Shown here one piece after another: positions 35,751 to 47,846 of a stretch of 64,000 bases of DNA (positions within the stretch are counted from its first letter, which is position 1; every line of letters starts with the position of its first letter). The notes beneath the pieces were generated by a model. That model worked only from the letters and a program-made list of their open reading frames with translations, was not told the origin of the DNA and ran no database searches. Position numbers and translations under genes: made by a program. The DNA comes from Tubulanus polymorphus (lineage: Eukaryota; Animalia; Nemertea), in NCBI RefSeq assembly GCF_964204645.1, contig NC_134034.1, forward strand, positions 7,512,862 through 7,576,861, in the 5' to 3' direction.

Positions 35751-38700
35751 TTAACACGTTAGAATTCTTTTCATTATCTCGTTCTCTTTTGTTTCTTCTC
35801 TTTTAAATTTTAAGTATTCATCTAAATTACAACCATAAGCAACTGTATGAATTCCATCATCTAAAATATATCTTTTATCATCAAATGGGTTTAGACTTAT
35901 CTTTTCAATTTCTTCAATAAACATTTCATGATCTTCAGATCTTAAACATCTCATCTTATGTTTTCTAACTTCTTCATTGAATATACAATTGATGTAATCT
36001 TTGAAATGAATATTCTTTTCTACTACACTTTTGGTTATTCCTTTTAACTTTTTAGCTTCATGTTCTTTAGTTTTATATGAATACATTTTAGATCTAATAC
36101 CAATGAATTCAATCATTTCTTCACCGCCTAATTCATCTTTGAATTTACCAGGACCTTTTTTATTATCATTGCTAAACAATTCATGATTTTTAGGATAGTT
36201 ACTGAAATCAAAATGATGTTTTAATGTTTTTAAATCATCAGTTATGTTATCAGTTTTTATCTTTTATATGTAAGAATCGGTATCAAAATATAAGATTTCT
36301 ATATGTTTTTCTCCAAAAAGTGGTTGTAATATATTATAATAGAATTCATACATTAGTAATTTTGATAATTCTAAAACTGAAGCGCCAACATAGATTGGTT
36401 TATTAAATTTCATAGATGTTCTTCTCATTTTAACTGCAGCTAAATTTTCATCAAATATTCTGTTACCAATGAACTTAGGATATGTTTGTAAATGTCTAAT
36501 TCTTTTACCATTACTAACTAACTCAATATCATTTCTATTTCTAATATTTTCACAAGTCTTACCATAGAATGCATTATTCATTAACTTGAAGAAATCTTTC
36601 TCGAAATCAGTTTTAGCTTCAGTTCTCTGTTTGGTGTTAAAATCTATATATTTTTCTAACCACTTAGATTGACTGAATGAAATATATCTATGTACTTTTT
36701 TTAGGATCATTCCTTGTTTTAGATAAAACTTTAACATTCTATAATGCACTACATAATTATATTTATCTTCTTGAGTTACCATTAACTTTTCTGTATGAAT
36801 ATGATTTTCAGGTTTAATTCTTTTTTGATAATTTGATAATTCTTCATGAGTTACAGTTTTATGTTCGGGACAGTATGCTAGATTTCTAGATTTAAATTTT
36901 TTATCTTCAGGATATTCTAAATCTACAACAAAGAAGTAACCAGTATCTGAATCATCTGCAATATCTAGAATTCTTTTCTTCCAATCAAATTTATCATTAT
37001 TTTCACGTTGTAAAACTTCAGTTAATTCAAATACTCCATAAGGTTGTGGTTCCATCATTGCCCAACCATACAAATTATTTGCATCTATATATAATAACTT
37101 ATATCCAGGGTTATCATTTACATTGAAATATCTATCCCCTAATACACCTGAAACTCCTCCTCTTATAGATTTTTCAAATAATAATAATTGATCGATATTT
37201 GTTAACAAATCCATTTTTATATCTGTAAATTTTAATCCACAATCCCATGTTAATCCTGGACTTGAATAACAATGACAAGGATCAATGATAAAATATTTTA
37301 GGTTTACATCTCTAAACCATTCGAATATATCCGATAATAATAATACATCCGATTTTAAATATATATCTACTTATTGCCCATGATTTTTCATTCCAAAATG
37401 ATTCCAAATATTCAATGTTCTATTATAGACTTCATCTTTAACATATTCATTTTTTAATTCATCATAGAATTGTTCTTTCAATAATTCAGTTATGTTAAAA
37501 TCATCATGATTTTTATAGAAAGAATATGGAATTGCTCCTTTATATCTCATTAATTTAAAATCATCATTATTTGGGTAGTGTTGTTTTAATATTTTTAATT
37601 CATCATCAACTAATGATTTTGATAAGTTATCTAATGAACTATTTAAAAATCTATATGAATCTATAAATCTTAGGCAACCAAATTGGAATGATATATAATT
37701 CTCAGATGTTTTAGCTAACATTCTAAATTTATAAGTTGGTATTTTATCTTTTGATCTATTTGAATTTAATCTTTCTATTTCATTATTAATTTCTTCTATT
37801 TTATGGCATAACTGTTTGATGAATAAATGTGCATCATATCCTGATAGATTATGAAATATAACTGGTACAAAATTAATTTTCTTAGCTTGTAAGTTACAAT
37901 TCTCATGTGCAGCGCCTCTAAACTTTCCATTCAAATGATCATGGTCTCTTACTTTTTTATCTTTATCATTAAATATCTTTTCACAATAATAACATTTATC
38001 TGCAAACGCAAATTCTTCTTTATCTTCTTCTGTCATTATAATTTCTATATTTGTATTCAATAATTTACTAAATCTTATTTCATATTCAATTAATAAGTCA
38101 CAAAAATGATTGATAACATTTTCATTTCTATAATGATAATATTCACTTTCAATTAGTTCTGGATAATCAGATTTTATATATAACCCGAAAGCTGCAGCTG
38201 ATTGATGAATCTTTTTAATAGTATTTGTTTTTGGTGGTTCATCTGAAAAATCATTTTCATTAGAATTTAATTTCTTTCTTTTATAATATATTTTTTTTCT
38301 ATCTTGATCAGTTAATTCTTTATTTAATGATTCAAAATCTCCATATATTACAAATGGTACTTTATTTTTGTAATCATATTTTTTGAATTCTAATATTTTA
38401 TCCTTTTCATTTGGTAAAATTAATTTACAATAATCATGATTTTCACATAATTGTTTATGATTTAATAATGCACTTTCATTACTGAATCTATGTAAACATT
38501 TTCTACAAAGATATATTTTATTATCAAAATCATTTTCTGATTTAAAAAATAAATCAATTCTTTTAATCCACATGTAATGATTCTCATAATATAATATATC
38601 TATAACATCGTTTGAATCATAATCTTTTGATAGATATAAAGGTTCTAATGTATAATGTTTAATATTATTACCTTTTGTTTTTGGTAATTTGATTAAATCG

Positions 38701-39791
38701 AATACATTTATCTTTATATTATTATCTCTTTCTATTTTTGGGATATTTTTAATTCTAACAGGATACTTATCTATCTTATAATTATTTTCAAATGGTTTAT
38801 AATGAGTTGATCTAAAACTATGTGTAATATCTTCTGTTGGATGTAAGCAACTTATTATAGCCCATAGAAAACATTTATCATCTTCATTTTGTACATTTAT
38901 TACAGCATTAGTTTTAAATGGTAGTTTAATATAACTCGATGCTTCAATATCTGGTTCTTTATAATATGATACATTATTTTCATCAATTGGTTTTGATTTA
39001 GTTAACTTATTATATTTTGTGTTATAAACATGTAAAGTTATAAATATTATTTCATCAAATAATAAACCAGATCCTTCAAAATATTTCTCTTCTATTTTAG
39101 TTTTTACTTCATTATAACATTTATCTAATTTATCATCTATATGTTGTTTTGAAATAATATGTTGTGAATGAGAATTTATATTATATATTGGTTTATCTTC
39201 AGATTTTATAAACTTTTCTTTAACTGATATACTAATTTTAGGGTATTCAACATCTGTAATTATTTTTATTATTTCTTTCATATTTTCTAAATGTTTTTTA
39301 TTTTCTTCTAATGTTTTTCCTTTATGAAATTTAAACTCGATAGCTGCTGGGCCAATATCACTTTTAAATGCTTCGGTTATCTCTATATCTGTTTTATTAT
39401 CTAATGAATTAATATAATTTCTTACATCTTCCATGTATGGTCTTTTATTGTTTAATTTATTTTTTATGCTTTTAATTGTCTTTTGTTTCTTATCATTATC
39501 ATTATCAAAATATTCTTCACCTAAAATATCATTATTGATATTTCTAATATGACTTTTAGATTTTAAATGTTCATTATAATATCTTTTATCACTGAATGAT
39601 TGATTACATGTATCACATTTGTATGTTTCTTTTTCATTCTTTAATTCTTCTAATTTAGTTTCTAATATATCATCTTTATATTCTAGTTTCAATTTATTCT
39701 CTAAATGTGTTTTAGTTTTATTGTGTCTTGCTTTTTGGGATTTATCTATATTGATATTACATGTTGGGCAGTAGTACTTATTTGCTTCCAT
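35751..39791 (-). pseudogene. polB: Protein-primed family B DNA polymerase (pPolB) with N-terminal zinc fingers and endonuclease VII-like insert; disrupted near 37371 and 36264
   Basis: ExoI YGDFES, ExoII FHNLSGYD, DHDHLNGKFRGAAHENCN, motif A YIDANNLYGWAM, motif B KLMNNAFYGKT, motif C YFDTDS. Confidence 0.95.
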
Positions 39792-40139
39792 TTTAATACT
39801 AAAATTTTTATTAAAATTGATTTTAGAAGTTATTCATTTATATTTTATTCATATATATGAATATTTTAAGAGTAATAGGGAATATCTTGTTTCATATCAA
39901 AGGTCGAAAGGGCTAGTGAGTAAAAAATGAAAAATATGAAAATAATAATAATTTCTATTTGAATTAGGAGTGAAACTCATATAAAATGAAAAATAAATTC
40001 GAGTGTGCGAGAATTATTTTTCATTTTATATGAGTTTCGCTACTAATTCAAATAGAAATTGTTATTATTTTCATATTTTTCATTTTTTATGAGCTCGACC
40101 TTTCGACCTTTGGTATGAAACAAGATATTCCCTATTACT
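39678..40139. repeat. Right TIR of copy B (contains the first 38 codons of polB and the palindrome 39871-40139)
   Basis: Reverse complement of 20318-20676 plus 22916-23019 with only a few differences. Confidence 0.95.
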
Positions 40140-40223
40140 AGTGTCTTCCAAATAATATTTGACCTTGTAGGCCGACTTAAAAAGTTTTTCGACTGATGCC
40201 GCGTTGAATTTTCGTGCGTTCAT
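40140..40223 (-). pseudogene. 5' end of the DUF3987-like gene interrupted by copy B
   Basis: MNARKFNAASVEKLFKSAYKVKYYLEDT joins in frame to LPDETLHFLEVFERAF... at 20311. Confidence 0.75.
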
Positions 40224-40954
40224 GCTGACGTCTCGATCTCCTTCAGTCAGCAACAGAGTGCAATGGTTTTATAGGGGTACAGACAATATTGTCGCATTCC
40301 AAACTAAGTTACTGATAGGCTGGAGTGTCTGAATTTCATGAGATTTGCCGAAACCCGCATTGTAACATTGAGGTGTTTTTCATGTGCTTACATTGCCCCA
40401 TGGAAAACCAAGTAAGCGATTGGTGTGGTTTACTGAAATGCATGGGGATTACTGCAATCCGTATTGTTAGATAGAGACGTGTAAGTTTCAAAATACGTTT
40501 CCGAAAAATTGAATCTATTATTATGATAATCACTATTATTCATTTGCACATATAAATGGCCAACTTCAGACCCAGGTAACATACATGTGTTACTTGGACA
40601 TGAAACATGTCGGAAGTGGAGACGTTTAAAGATGAGTAATAGGGGTAATGGGCTTTCATACGTCAGGTCGAAAGGTCGAGCTCATAAAAAATGAAAAATA
40701 TGAAAATAATAACAATTTCTATTTGAATTAGTAGCGAAACTCATAAAAAATGAAGAATAATTCTCGCACACTCGAATTTATTTTTCATTTTCTACTCGCT
40801 AGAAAAAGTGTGAGTAAAGTGTGAGTGAAATAACTCATATTTTAGAAAAGTAACGAGTAATTAACGAGTTGATTAAAATTAGATTTTTAAACATAAAAGT
40901 GTGAGTAAAGAGTGAGTAATAATTCATATTTTGACATTGAATATTTATATTTGA

Positions 40955-41603
40955 ATGAGTTTTAATGAAAATTCAATTATAAAAATGAAGACAGAAGAAG
41001 AACCCAACTTTAAAATCGAAATAAAAGAAACCAATAAATTATTTTCACAGTTTAACATTAAAAATTATATCTCAGCAACAAATTTAGTGTCCGCAAGGTA
41101 TTATAAAATTGATAAGATTTCTATGATTAATCAAATATCATCAAATGAAACATATTTAATTACTGAACTAGTAGATACTTTTGATAATGGCGTTAAAAAT
41201 CCTAAATTGTTCAATACAGTTTTAAATTTTAAAGGAACTTTAGATGAAAACATAATTAATATTCTTAAAATTCCTTTCAATGAAAGAAATGATGATTTAA
41301 TACTTTCTAAAGATTACAATGATTTGATTAACTTAAGAATTGAAAAAAGACAATTATATTATTTCAATTTTGATAATAAACAAATTATCTATAATGAAAA
41401 TTCATCAAATATTGGCATTCAATGTGAATTAGATAATGAAAAATCATATAAAGATATTGCAATTCGATGTGATTTAGAAAATGAATTCAAAAGATTTAAT
41501 CCTTATGAAAAAATTCATTGTTATTGCAAAAGGTAACTATTCAAAATCACATAAATCAAAGCATTATGAAACAATTAAACATAAAAACTGGCGTAAAGAG
41601 TAA
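40955..41603 (+). pseudogene. TIR-encoded protein with C-terminal zinc-finger-like motif (second copy ~44052-44697 on minus)
   Basis: ORF 40955-41536 has a late frameshift. The other TIR copy reads HCHCGGKYSKSHKSKHYETIKH. Confidence 0.6.
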
Positions 41604-41677
41604 CAATTCTACATTAGAAATAAATTATATAGTCAAATAATTATTGAATTGAGTTAAATGATTTAAATATCTAATAG

Positions 41678-41925
41678 ACTGTTAAAATGATAAATTGTTT
41701 GACAGTTGAAATGATTAATTGTTTGACATTTAAAATGATAAATTGTTTGACAGTTGAAATGATAAATTGTTTGACAGTTAAAATGATAAATTGTTTGACA
41801 GTTGAAATGATAAATTGTTTGACAGTTGAAATGATAAATTGTTTGACAGTTGAAATGATAAATTGTTTGACAATTGAAATGATAAATTGTTTGACAGTTG
41901 AAATGATAAATTGTTTGACAATTAT
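41678..41925. repeat. 24-bp tandem repeat (ATGATAAATTGTTTGACAGTTGAA), about 10 copies; ~4 inverted copies at 43882-43976
   Basis: Directly visible. Confidence 0.95.
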
Positions 41926-42064
41926 AATGTTAAATTGTTTGGTTGTAAATTTAATTGTTATTTGATTTAATCATTTAAAAGTTTAATATTTTAAAAATGA
42001 TTATAAAATATTTAATTAAAAACTAGCAAATATTTATTAATTTTCTAATTTCTTTCTTAAATAA

Positions 42065-42283
42065 ATGGATGGTTTCATCCCAACTGGGAAAAGTGATTTG
42101 AAGCATTATCTTGTAGCAGGAGTTTTAATATTGGCGGCATTATATTTTTACTATGAGAATATTTCAAAAGATTTGATGAATGAAAATGATAAATTGAGTA
42201 AAAAATTAAAGAAGTTAAATGGAAACAATCACAGAAATAAAAAGAATAAAAAAGTTAATTTAGAAAATGATTTAGAGAATTAA
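42065..42283 (+). CDS. Small single-pass membrane protein of the satellite element
   Basis: TAAATG start; YLVAGVLILAALYFYY TM followed by a basic coil. Confidence 0.6.
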   Translation: MDGFIPTGKSDLKHYLVAGVLILAALYFYYENISKDLMNENDKLSKKLKKLNGNNHRNKKNKKVNLENDLEN

Positions 42284-42321
42284 AACAGCATCTTTTAATT
42301 TCATATATTTTGACTATAAAA

Positions 42322-42624
42322 ATGAGTGAAAATATATTAAACTTATTACATCTAATATATAAAAATCAACAGAATATTAAATCAATTATTATGCTTACAG
42401 GTTTATTTTCTTTTTCAATTTATAGTATAAAACAGTTGTTAGAATTCTATGATTGCTGTAAAATTAGATACACTGAATTAATAGAAAATATAAATTATAT
42501 TTCAGATAGATTGAATAATATTAAATGCTGTGAAGTATGTAATAAAAGATATAAAGATTTTAGGAGTTTAAAAACTCATAAATATATTCATGAGCTAAAT
42601 GATAAACTGTATAATTCAAATTAA
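42322..42624 (+). CDS. Small protein with hydrophobic segment and C2H2 zinc finger
   Basis: CEVCNKRYKDFRSLKTHKYIH. Confidence 0.6.
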   Translation: MSENILNLLHLIYKNQQNIKSIIMLTGLFSFSIYSIKQLLEFYDCCKIRYTELIENINYISDRLNNIKCCEVCNKRYKDFRSLKTHKYIHELNDKLYNSN

Positions 42625-42744
42625 GCAATAGACTGTTAAATTGGCTGAAATATATAAAAATAGATTATATTATAACTATTTCTATACTTAGATTAATAAT
42701 TTATGTTTTTAATTTCTATAAAAACTAATACACTTGCACAGTAC

Positions 42745-43870
42745 TTAAGAAGTGTTTTTCTCAGTATTTCACTGACCATTTAAACAGCATTGATGATGAT
42801 ATTAAATGGACTACCGAGGGTGAGGTCGAGTTACAGGCTTCGTCACAAGCCGATCTAGAGATTTGCAGTGTAGAGAGGGCTCTAGCGTTTCTCGACACAT
42901 ATGCGGTCATCAATGAGGATGGGTCGATTCGTACTAAAGTATTCCGAAAAACCACACACACAGACCAATATCTAAATTTCAACAGCAACCACCCGTTAGA
43001 ACACAAAAGGGGTGTAGTTAAAACCCTTCTACACAGGGCGGACACCATAGTTAGTGATGATAGTGACAGACAGTCGGAGAAACAACATATTAAGGAGGTT
43101 CTCTCATGGAATGATTACCCTAATTGGGTCTTCAACAAAGTCACCATGCTTCCGAAGCCCAAACCTGTAGTCAGAAATAAGCGAGACACCCAGGCTCCGC
43201 GTAAGAGATCGGTCGTAGTACCATATGTGAAGGGCATGTCTGAACAAATCAGACGGGTGATGAAAGACTACAACATTAGTGTGTATTTTAAACCGGTGAA
43301 CACGTTACGCCAGTTATTAGTTAGACCGAAGGACCCGGTACCTAAAGAACGCATTACAGGACCGGTGTACCATGTTAAATGTGAATCTTGCGATGCGAGT
43401 TATGTTGGTGAAACTGAGCGCTCCTTGAGAGCCCGGTTTGGTGAACACCGTCGACCTAGCTCTATGACGTCAGAGGTATCCCAACACATCCATACTGACA
43501 ATCCTGATCACTCTGTTGATATAGGCAACACAGACATTTTGACGGTGGAACCCCGGTGGTTCGAACGAGGTGTTCAGGAGTCATTTTACATATACCTGAG
43601 ACACCCCACGCTGAATAAAGACTTTGGGAGATTTGCTCTACCCCCTGTATGGAATAACATCCTTAAGGCAGCAGATGACGCGCGGGAGCCTTCACAGACC
43701 AGCTGACGAGATCCGGCTGTGTCGTCACATCAACAACATCTGATGACGTCACATTAAGCCTGACGATGCCTACAGAATGTAGGTGAAAGCTCGCTCTTGT
43801 GAGTATCAAAGTTTATCCAGTGTATGAGTGTTAAACTGTTCCTAATTTGGATATTCCTGGATAGTAAAGA
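42745..43870 (+). mobile_element. 5'-truncated Penelope-like retroelement (RT C-terminus plus GIY-YIG endonuclease)
   Basis: LAFLD, VFRKTTHTDQYLNFNSNHP, GPVYHVKCESCDASYVGETERSLRARFGEH; stop at 43706. Confidence 0.92.
43750..43801 (+). ncRNA. Minimal type I hammerhead ribozyme in the Penelope 3' repeat (mirror copy 49063-49114 on minus)
   Basis: CTGACGA, stem GCCTAC/GTAGGT, GAAA-GCTC, with flanking CACA..AGC / GCT..TGTG pairing. Confidence 0.75.
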
Positions 43871-46191
43871 ATGTTTAATGGAAACAATTTATCATTTTAA
43901 CTGTCAAACAATTTATCATTTCAACTGTCAAACAATTTATCATTTCAACTGTCAAACAATATATCATTTTAACAGTCTATTAGATATTTAAATCATTCAA
44001 CTCAATTCAATAATTATTTGACTATATAATATATTTTTTATGTAGAATTGTTACTCTTTACGCCAGCTTTTATGTTTAATTGTTTCATAATGCTTTGATT
44101 TATGTGATTTTGAATATTTACCTCCGCAATGACAATGAATTTTTTCATTAGGATTAAATCTTTGAATTCATTTTCTAAATCACATTGAATTGCAATATCT
44201 TTATATGATTTTTCATTATCTAATTCACATTGAATGCCAATATTTGATGAATTTTCATTATAGATAATTTGTTTATTATCAAAATTGAAATAATATAATT
44301 GTCTTTTTTCAATTCTTAGGTTAATCAAATCATTGTAATCTTTAGAAAGTATTACATCATCATTTCTTTCATTGAAAGGAATTTTAAGAATATTAATTAT
44401 GTTTTCATCTAAAGTTGCTTTAAAATGTAAAACTGTATTGAACAATTTAGGATTTTTAACGCCATTATCTTAAGTATCTACTAGTTCAGTAATTAAATAT
44501 GTTTCATTTGATGATATTTGTTTAATCATAGTAATCTTATCAATTTCATAATACCTTGCGGACACTAAATTTGTTGCTGAGATATAATTTTTAATGTTAA
44601 ACTGTGAAAATAATTTATTGGTTTCTTTTATTTCGATTTTAAAGTTGGGTTCTTCTTCTGTCTTCATTTTTATAACAGAATTTTCATTAAAACTCATTCA
44701 AATATAAATATTCAATGTTAAAATATGAATTATTACTCACACTTTACTCACACTTTTATGTTTAAAAATCTAATTTTAATCAACTCGTTAATTACTCGTT
44801 ACTTTTCTAAAATATGAGTTATTTCACTCACACTTTACTCACACTTTTTCTAGCGAGTAGAAAATGAAAAATAAATTCGAGTGTGCGAGAATTATTTTTC
44901 ATTTTTTATGAGTTTCGCTACTAATTCAAATAGAAATTGTTATTATTTTCATATTTTTCTTCTTTTATGAGCTCGACCTTTCGACCTTTCGTATGAAAGC
45001 CCATTACCCCTATTACTAAGATGTATTGGCACTATGTGAGAATAACGACGTTTTACTGGATTGGTTGATGAAATTTGGTAAGACAAAACAAAGACTTTTT
45101 GTTGATGTGCATCTGTATATTCATCGGATATCATTTCTAAACGTCTAACTTTGTTTTCTAGATTTGATTGCTGCATCCATGATTTGCCCAGACGACGGAA
45201 TTGACATGTCATGGGTACATGAACAACAAAAATCGGATGGCTACATATGGCGTTGCAAAAAATGCCGAAAACAAAGGTCTATCAGAAACAAATCCTAGTT
45301 TAGTGGTAGCCACTTGTCATTAGCTAACGTACTCCAACTGACGTACTTGTGGACCCGTGGGATTTCGGCCTAGAATGCGAAACACGAACTGAAACTAGGC
45401 TCAGACCACACGGTGGTTGACTGGTTCAATTTCTGTCGAGAGGTATGTTATTCTACCGTGATGGATAAATCCGAAAAGATCGGCGGTGTTGGAAAAATTG
45501 TGGAGATCGATGAATCCAAGTTTGGTAAACGTTAGTTCCATCGCGGCAAACATGTCGAGCGCCAATGGGTTTTTGCAGGTGTTGAACGCGGTCCACCACC
45601 AGTTCGTTGTTTTATGGTTGCTGTTCCGGAAAGATCGCGTGAAACCCTGCTCAACGTTTTAAAAGATTGGGTTGAAGATGGGACAACCGTGATTTTGGAT
45701 TGTTGGCGTGCGTACGACACGTTAGAAAACGAAGGTTTCCAACATTTGAAGGTAAACCATCCCATACATTTTAAAGATCTGGAGACTGGGGCTCATACGA
45801 AGAAGGAATGTGGCACCTTGTCAAATGTTCCCTGCCACGATTTGGCACTCGAAAAGCATTACACGACTCGTATTTCGCAGAGTTCATGTGGAGACGACGA
45901 TTGTCGGAAGATAGCAATGTATTTGTTGAATTTTTAAAGATTGTTTCAAAAATTTATAAAGTTCATGATCAATAAATTGCATCTCTAATAATTCATAAAC
46001 GAAAAACTTATTATTATTCGAAAGCGACGGACACCACAATCGAGGATTCACACATTAGCATCGACTGACGTATGGGGAGTTACAAGTTCAAACATTGAAT
46101 TAACCCTTTATTAAGCCTAAACCTCACCCTAACCCTAATCCTTGATCTAACCAACTATCTGAACCTGACTGGAGCCTTAAAAATAGAATAT

Positions 46192-46672
46192 ACCCGTTTC
46201 AGCACACCGCCGTAGACATTTTCGGACCTTTCTTACTGCGTGTACCTGGAAGAGTTACCCGTGGTAACCTTGCCAAAACTTACGGCAAGGGTTATGGTGT
46301 GATATTCAACTGCCTATCAGCACGTGCGGTTTACATAGATGTCATGGAGGGTCAAGATACTGATTCGTTTTTGCAATGCTTCAGACGGTTTACTACGATC
46401 CGTGGATATCCTACATCGATGCACTCCGACTGTGGACGTCTACGGCGGTGTGCTGAAACGGGTATGAAGGTCGCGCACGCTCGACAGGTAAAGGAGACAT
46501 GATCTGCTTACAAGCGACCTTGTTAATTCGTCGACAGGTTACACAATTGTATCTCACGGTTATCCGCTGAACACCAACAATCCAAAAGTGTGATCGGAAC
46601 TTCGCGACAGTAGTTGATACACCGTGGTGCCCTCGCTGGTGTTTGAAAAAGACCAGGTAAAGACCACGTCAA
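46192..46672. mobile_element. Two BEL/Pao integrase fragments in opposite orientations forming the duplication spacer
   Basis: Plus strand: PFQHTAVDIFGPF..VIFNCLSARAVYID..RRF..RGYPTSMHSDCG. Minus strand (46438-46672): CVTCRR..QIMSPLPVERARPSYPFQHTAVD. Confidence 0.85.
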
Positions 46673-46888
46673 ATATTCTATTTTTAAGGCTCCAGTCAGG
46701 TTCAGATAGTTGGTTAGATCAAGGATTAGGGTTAGGGTGAGGTTTAGGCTTAATAAAGGGTTAATTCAATGTTTGAACTTGTAACTCCCCATACGTCAGT
46801 CGATGCTAATGTGTGAATCCTCGATTGTGGTGTCCGTCGCTTTCGAATAATAATAAGTTTTTCGTTTATGAATTATTAGAGATGCAAT

Positions 46889-47846
46889 TTATTGATCATG
46901 AACTTTATAAATTTTTGAAACAATCTTTAAAAATTCAACAAATACATTGCTATCTTCCGACAATCGTCGTCTCCACATGAACTCTGCGAAATACGAGTCG
47001 TGTAATGCTTTTCGAGTGCCAAATCGTGGCAGGGAACATTTGACAAGGTGCCACATTCCTTCTTCGTATGAGCCCCAGTCTCCAGATCTTTAAAATGTAT
47101 GGGATGGTTTACCTTCAAATGTTGGAAACCTTCGTTTTCTAACGTGTCGTACGCACGCCAACAATCCAAAATCACGGTTGTCCCATCTTCAACCCAATCT
47201 TTTAAAACGTTGAGCAGGGTTTCACGCGATCTTTCCGGAACAGCAACCATAAAACAACGAACTGGTGGTGGACCGCGTTCAACACCTGCAAAAACCCATT
47301 GGCGCTCGACATGTTTGCCGCGATGGAACTAACGTTTACCAAACTTGGATTCATCGATCTCCACAATTTTTCCAACACCGCCGATCTTTTCGGATTTATC
47401 CATCACGGTAGAATAACATACCTCTCGACAGAAATTGAACCAGTCAACCACCGTGTGGTCTGAGCCTAGTTTCAGTTCGTGTTTCGCATTCTAGGCCGAA
47501 ATCCCACGGGTCCACAAGTACGTCAGTTGGAGTACGTTAGCTAATGACAAGTGGCTACCACTAAACTAGGATTTGTTTCTGATAGACCTTTGTTTTCGGC
47601 ATTTTTTGCAACGCCATATGTAGCCATCCGATTTTTGTTGTTCATGTACCCATGACATGTCAATTCCGTCGTCTGGGCAAATCATGGATGCAGCAATCAA
47701 ATCTAGAAAACAAAGTTAGACGTTTAGAAATGATATCCGATGAATATACAGATGCACATCAACAAAAAGTCTTTGTTTTGTCTTACCAAATTTCATCAAC
47801 CAATCCAGTAAAACGTCGTTATTCTCACATAGTGCCAATACATCTT
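46889..47846 (-). pseudogene. Mirror copy of the Merlin transposase
   Basis: Reverse complement of 45018-45975. Confidence 0.85.

Larger units (their letters stand above)
20318..40139 (+). mobile_element. Complete Polinton/Maverick-like element, copy B (19,822 bp including a 2.2-kb nested insertion)
   Basis: AGTAATAGGG...CCCTATTACT termini; 6-bp TSD AGTGTC at 20312-20317 and 40140-40145; ~462-bp TIRs; pPolB, integrase, ATPase and capsid genes. The flanking gene reads in frame across the TSD. Confidence 0.97.
40635..45017 (+). mobile_element. Non-autonomous 4.4-kb element with Polinton-type termini (mini-Polinton/satellite)
   Basis: AGTAATAGGG...CCCTATTACT ends; 6-bp TSD AAGATG (40629-40634, 45018-45023); ~1.1-kb TIRs. 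About 130 bp (from GGTCGAAAGGTCGAGCTC) is near-identical to the Polinton outer arm. Confidence 0.92.
40607..45975 (+). pseudogene. Merlin (ISXO2/IS1595-like) transposase, interrupted by the 4.4-kb element; intron 45078-45161
   Basis: MSEVETFKD|VLALCENND joins across TSD AAGATG. GYIWRCKKC..SIR, VEIDESKFGKR, QWVFAG, ILDCWRAY, HLKVNH, TGAHT; internal stops. Confidence 0.85.

Noticed and set aside
41687-41965. ORF (MINCLTVE)n as a real gene
   Set aside because: By-product of a stop-free 24-bp repeat; no independent coding evidence.
46110-46150. Telomeric repeats (CCCTAA)
   Set aside because: Only about two degenerate units; more like a transposon subterminal motif.
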